Assembly: GCA_020137815.1 (NCBI GenBank) | Contig: CM035355.1 | Location: 5,208,001 to 5,272,000 of the forward strand | From: Hormiphora californensis | Lineage: Eukaryota > Animalia > Ctenophora | DNA: 64,000 nt | Direction of reading: 5' to 3' | In this document: in pieces, positions 58,493 to 64,000 of the stretch | Numbering within the stretch: position 1 is the stretch's first letter | Layout: every line of letters begins with the position of its first letter | The notes under the pieces: model-generated | Told to the model about the DNA's origin: nothing | Database searches by the model: none | Seen by the model: only the letters and a program-made list of their open reading frames with translations | Position numbers and translations under genes: made by a program

Positions 58493-59715
58493 ATGATCTC
58501 AAACTCAACAACAACAGCTATAATCACCAACCTCAGCGTCATAGAAGTCTGTCTGAACGAGGATGGGGACCGGTATTTCTGTTCAAAGTTTGTCGTTCTC
58601 TCCATTATCGCCATCTTCACGGGGTGTCTTTGTATTGGGAAGATCGTGAAGTACCACCTAAACCAAGTGAAATGTTTCTACCAACTTGGTATCTTCTACT
58701 GCGCCCTCCTGGAGTGTACCTTCTTCACCCTTCACTGGTTGTTCCTTGCTTATGACGTCATAGAGAACTTTGGATACTGGTTCCGGGTGGTACAGCTCCT
58801 AATTGTGTGTTTGAATTATAGTAAACTGGCGAGCAGGGTACTGAACGCAGAGGCGAAGTATAAGAAGTTCGTGTTGCCCGGTTTGGGGCTATTCACTGCG
58901 TACTACGCTGCTCTGATCCCTTGGGCTCTGGCGGTCCCCCGACATAGATATCCTCACCGGTGTACGGAGTTCTCACATCCAGTCTACTTTATCTGTGATT
59001 TCTTCCTCTCGCAGGTAAGCCCGGTACTAAATTGACTGTTTTATCAGATTTCTTAACAACATTTAGCAACTTCCTTTTAAATTGATTATTTTTTATTTAC
59101 TGTTTTGGTAAAAGTTAATTCGCAAACCTCTCTGTTTTGATTAAACCCCATCTCTCCCTGCAGGTGTTCCTGGTGTGTGGAGTGTACCTGACCCGTAAAA
59201 TGAGCCAAGTTAACATGCCCACGGAACAGTTCCTGGAGCAACGTCGACAACTCTGGGGTGTCATCATCGCCTACGAGACAGAAGCCCTTATCTCCCTTGT
59301 TTACGATATCCTCCTCGGTACGGCATTCAACACACCAGATAACCCCCGGGGTTGTGGAGGCTTCTTGTACCACCACAATATCTGGAATGTTGTGCTGTTT
59401 GTTGTGCTTAACGCGACTCGGATGTTCCTGGCGTTATGGTTTATGTTGTACACCTTCGATGCCCAAAGCACGGATTATAATGATGTCCCAGTGTATACGT
59501 ATGAACCTGAGGAGAGCTTTGAGGATTGGTTAGGTGGACCACGGCATAGCATTGTGCCTCCCGTTGGGAACTACAATGAGGAGATTAGAGAGCCGTTACT
59601 GGCGGAGAACTTTGTGGACTACCTACCGAGGGATGAGGATGACTTGAGGTTCGGAGAGAAGACACACCGGCAGTTACAGGCGGAGGAAGAGGAAAAGAGG
59701 GCGTACTCCGGATGA
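58493..59715 (+). CDS. Multi-pass (~7 TM) membrane protein of unassigned family
   Basis: Exons 58493-59014 and 59164-59715 join in frame (SQ|VF). About seven hydrophobic segments, N-terminal NxS/T sites, and an acidic tail with EIREPLL (dileucine-like). Confidence 0.8.
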
Positions 59716-60391
59716 AGGAACAATCTGTTACCTGCCTGTTACCATGGTTAGGTAATACCTGTACGTGCCTAGAAATCTGTTAAACTGAATAAATTGAAGA
59801 AAGAAGAAACTCTGTAAATCAGCTTGGTGGACTGTGAGAATGAAAGGGATTGCTAAGGGATGGAGAGAGCCAAACATGAGACTATATGCCATGATAAACT
59901 CTCTCTCTGAATCTATAATTATGGTTTTGGTGGGACCTGTTGATCACTTTCCGTCATATAACTCAGATAGGAATCTATACAGATAGTGATGAGAAATAAA
60001 ACTCGATAAATATAATATCCTCCTTTTTAATGTTTTACAAGTCTATATAGTTTTCATTGATAGATGTTATATCCCGAACTTTTGATTCAGCATATATTCG
60101 GATGTGAAACTCCACAATTTAGGCCAGGTATATTCAGTGTAAATAAATCGACTAGGAATTAGGATCGTTTTAGTAATCAGAACCGCTTATAATATCCATG
60201 AAAATAAGTGTACACATGATGTGATGTGTTTAGAACAGATGATCTCCGTTTTTCTACTTTCAGACTTTGCTTGTATTGTGTTGTGTCCGTGATTGTATAT
60301 CTCTGAGCTTTTATCCTTAAATTATTTTCTGAAAACAGTACAACTAATTAGGATTGTGTTTGTGCTATGTACGTTATATATCTCTCTAATC

Positions 60392-60500
60392 CAAGAACCG
60401 ACCGAATCAGGAAATACTGGTCCCTGATTGGCTGACAACCAGCCATGTGACCTAAATAACGAGCTCTGATTGGTTGTTTACTTGTTTCGGTCGGTTCCTG
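60392..60500. mobile_element. 109-bp hAT-type MITE, copy 2
   Basis: Same family as 19855; perfect 8-bp TSD CTCTAATC. Confidence 0.88.
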
Positions 60501-60767
60501 CTCTAATCCTTCCGTGACCCTCAGTAAGTGAGGAGGACTAAAGTTGCTCAATATTTATTACTTTTTATGATCTGATATATATGTGCATCTATCTAGAGCC
60601 TGTTTCCTTTCCAGTTTTATCCGTTTTAAGGTGTTTCATGTTGCTGTCCGTCCATGTGGGTGTTTCATTTGGGGGGTGTTTCATTGTACCTGTGATAGGG
60701 GATTCAGGGGTAAAGTGTGGGTGTTTCATTTGGGGGGCGGGGGGGGGGGGTGTTTCATTGTACCTGT

Positions 60768-60876
60768 CAGGAACCGACCGAATCAGGAAATACTGGTCCC
60801 TGAATAGCTGATAACCAGTCACGTGACCTAAATAACGAGTTCTGATTGGTTGTTTACTTGCTTCGGTCGGTTCATT
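60768..60876. mobile_element. 109-bp hAT-type MITE, copy 3
   Basis: Same family; perfect 8-bp TSD GTACCTGT. Confidence 0.88.
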
Positions 60877-61825
60877 GTACCTGTGATATGGGTAATGGGA
60901 TATATCGATCTGTGTCTGCTTGTGAGTTTTGGCTCTAAAATGTTACCTTCTTTAGATGCAAGTTTAACTTTAGGAGAGACTTAAACTAAGAACAAAATGT
61001 AATGTTCAAAACTGAAACTAGAGATAAAGCTTTGTGTGCCTGTGTGTATGAGATTATTAATCTATGTATGTTGTTCTTAACATCACCAAAATGAAGTTTC
61101 ATTTTCCTAAAAACTCCCTCCTTTTCCCTAAAAACTCCCTTCTTTTCCTAAAAACTCTCTTCTTTTCCCTACAACTCCCTTCTTTTCCCTAAAACTCTCT
61201 TCTTTCCTAAGTCTCCCGAACTTGTGTGTTGACAGTTGACACCCATAGTTATTAGTTACACCTGTAGAGGCCTCTACTATCGATACCTGTCTTTCAGATC
61301 GTCTCCTAAATCCTAATATGGACCCATATTATGCTCTTGTTATGATACACCTCTAAACTAAAACACCCTATGATATGATACACCCCCAAACTAATATACT
61401 CTATGATACACTCCCAAACTAAAACGCCCTACCTCGACTATAGGTGGAATGGTAGGCAAGTTCCGGTAAAGAAAGCCCCTCTCAGGAACGGTGGAGGAGG
61501 ACCCCCGCCAACAGAGGATTTAGTTTTTAGAGGTATAGAATTCAATATTTAAGTAGTTTTAATTAACGCGTAATAACGTGACCACTGACCAGATTGTGTG
61601 AGACTAAGTTAAAAGTTTTCTCAATGTGTCCTCAGACTGTCCACGATGTGTCCTCAATGTGTCCTTAATGTGTCCTCAATGTGTCCTTAATGTGTCCTCA
61701 ATGTGTCCTTAATGTGTCGTTAATGTGTCCTCAAACGTTCCGTTGGCAGTATGTTATACTACCAATGTTTCGCTCCTAACAATATATCTCACATTTTCCT
61801 CAGAGACCTATTATAGCGAGGCATA

Positions 61826-63352
61826 ATGTTTGAGAAGAATCTACACGATTTGGTACGGGGTATCCGGACAAACAAGAGCAATGAGAGCAAGTTTATTGCC
61901 GCTTGTATCGAGGAAATCAGAAATGAAATCAAAACGGTATGTTCAGAGTGCAGAGTACACAGAGTTCAATATCGCTTGGAATATGGCATCCTCTTCAATA
62001 TATACCCGATGCTATTGAAGAAAATATCAATGAAACCAAACATGATTTTGTCCGATATTTTCGGGGGTACATATAACTCCTCAACTGTACAAAGTTAATT
62101 TCTCGAACCTTCCTATATTGCACCACATATTTTAGGATGTTAACAGATCGGCTATATCCCTCCAGGTAGGAATTTAACCTTCTAGGGCACCCATTTCAAT
62201 AGTAGCATCTGATCCCACCATCTTCCCATTTCAATAGTAGCATCTGATCCGCCACCCAAAATAAAAGCCTGATAATTTATCCTAGTCACCTTGAAAAAAT
62301 TCCTAGCATTCATCCCATACCGCGTCACAAAGCAGTAAAGAGCAGTATCCAGGAAAACACCTGTCACATCAAGTTTCAGCCAACCCCTCCTTAACTCTCA
62401 TCGCCAGTATAGTAGTCGTACAAAGCAGAATTTTTAAAGTGGCCTTCTTTATACCACTGTTTTATAAAACGTATGATCCCGATTCATCAAAAATTGTAAA
62501 CACACTCTCAGTTACCTAAAACCATCAACATTTTGGATTTAATTAAGATAAATGATAATTTGTTATCTCTCTCTCTCCAGGATAATATGTCGCTAAAGAC
62601 GCACGGTATTGTCAAACTGGTTTACCTACAAATGCTGGGATACGACATGTCCTGGGCTAATTTCACCACCATCGAGGTAAGTAGTCTATTACAGTGGTAA
62701 ATTAACTGGTAAGTTTTTAGTTCAGTGGGGCTTATAACTTTGTAGAGCTGCGATTACTTACAAATATATGGCTCATACAACTACGGCTCATAGAATTGCG
62801 ACTGCGGATATAATGAGCCATAAATGTAGGAACCATGTCACTTGTGTATTTACCACCGACTTTAGTTACCAAGATAATAATCTAACTCTTGCCAGCTGTA
62901 ATCTCTTTACCCCTCAACAACCCCGGCCCCCCTTTACTCCCCCCACAAACACTCTCTGACTTCTTCCCCCGTCATTCTCCTGATCCCCCATTTTATCTAG
63001 TCACCTCTTCCCCCGTCATTCTCCTGATTCCCCATTTTATCTAGTTACCCCTTCCCCCGTCATTCTCCTGATTCCCCATTTTATCTAGTTACCCCTTCCC
63101 CCGTCATTCTTCTGATTCCCCCATTTTATCTAGTTACATCTTCCCCCGTCATTCTCCTGATTCCCCCATTTTATCTAGTTATCCCCCCCCCCCAGGTGAT
63201 GAGTGCGTCCAAGTTCACCTACAAGAGAGTGGGCTACCTGGCGGCCAGCCAATCCTTCCATGAAAACACCGACCTGCTCATGTTGGCAACCAATATGATA
63301 CGAAAAGATCTATGCAGTGTAAACCAGTACGAGAGCAGTCTGGCACTTTCAG
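61826..63352 (+). CDS. AP3D1: AP-3 complex subunit delta (5' part; continues beyond the window)
   Basis: Exons 61826-61936, 62581-62676 and 63196-63352: MFEKNLHDLVRGIR, KLVYLQMLGYDMSWA, VMSASKFTYKRVGYLAASQSFH, LMLATNMIRKDL. Confidence 0.96.
62960..63190 (+). repeat. Tandem repeat ~42 bp x 5 abutting an AP3D1 splice acceptor
   Basis: Unit CTTCCCCCGTCATTCTCCTGATTCCCCATTTTATCTAGTTAC. Confidence 0.9.
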
Positions 63353-64000
63353 GTAAATTGTTATAATATTGTAACCCAATTCTCTACGAATGACTAATAT
63401 GAGTTACAAGAGTCTAAGAGATAGCAGGGTTAAAAGACTACTACGGTTGCACACAAGAACCCACACACAAAAAGGAGACCCTTTGGGACTTTCCATCTCC
63501 TGACTCAGCTCTTTTCTGATACAGTCCTCAATATAATGTGCATGTCCAGATGAAGGATCATATATTTATTACAGAGCTGCTGCAGCTGTCTGACAGGTGC
63601 TACACTATAGCGCTCATGATACACTCTCTCCCATTGCCCCCTTTGTAAACGCAAGAAATTTTCAAAGTAAAACAATAGTTCTTAGAATCAGCAAAACATT
63701 TCGAATTTATTTGTAATCCAATCACAGCTGCACAGCTCCTTGGTTACGAAGTCACCCCTATTATTGCATATAGCTAGCGCAGAGGGGGAATTTCATTACC
63801 AACACAGCTCCAAATTGAGAGTTCTGTCAAAACTTTCCGCTCTTTTAATCCAGAAATTAAATTGTAATTCTCTCTCTTTCAATTCTTTTCAGAGATCTAG
63901 TTAGTTGTAATCTCCCATGGGAGATTGCTTGCACAGTTTGATCACTAATTGATCTTCCAGTTAAATACATGCACACACACAGAGCGCCACATCTGGACTG

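Overview
Gene-dense, intron-containing animal genomic DNA. It is probably from a ctenophore: this is inferred from my recollection of the 109-bp '[22 protein letters not shown]' MITE as a Pleurobrachia-type repeat and was not verified. Hand-spliced genes in order: a rhodopsin-family GPCR (+), MTHFR (-), a Gal-3-O-sulfotransferase-like gene (-), an ArfGAP/dual-PH ADAP (+), a CHST-like sulfotransferase (-), an MFSD11/UNC93-like gene with frameshifts (-), a septin (-), then a tight same-strand run of APRT, ELP4 (with an antisense intronic tRNA-Lys), PRCC, a multi-pass membrane protein and AP3D1 (runs off the window). Mobile DNA is diverse: a 5'-inverted Penelope-like element with two hammerhead ribozymes, a CR1/L2-type LINE with an intact ORF2, a Transib-like element with CACAGTG ends, a Merlin-like foldback, and hAT, Harbinger, Kolobok, MULE and Helentron-type non-autonomous elements. 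Most notable: (1) the septin is spliced in frame to a calmodulin-like EF-hand pair and has several alternative first exons; (2) tandem duplications repeatedly copy splice junctions; (3) the operon-like cluster has splice acceptors just before start codons; (4) two unrelated transposons sit inside copies of the same ~50-bp hairpin. Exon coordinates were read by eye and may be off by a few bases.
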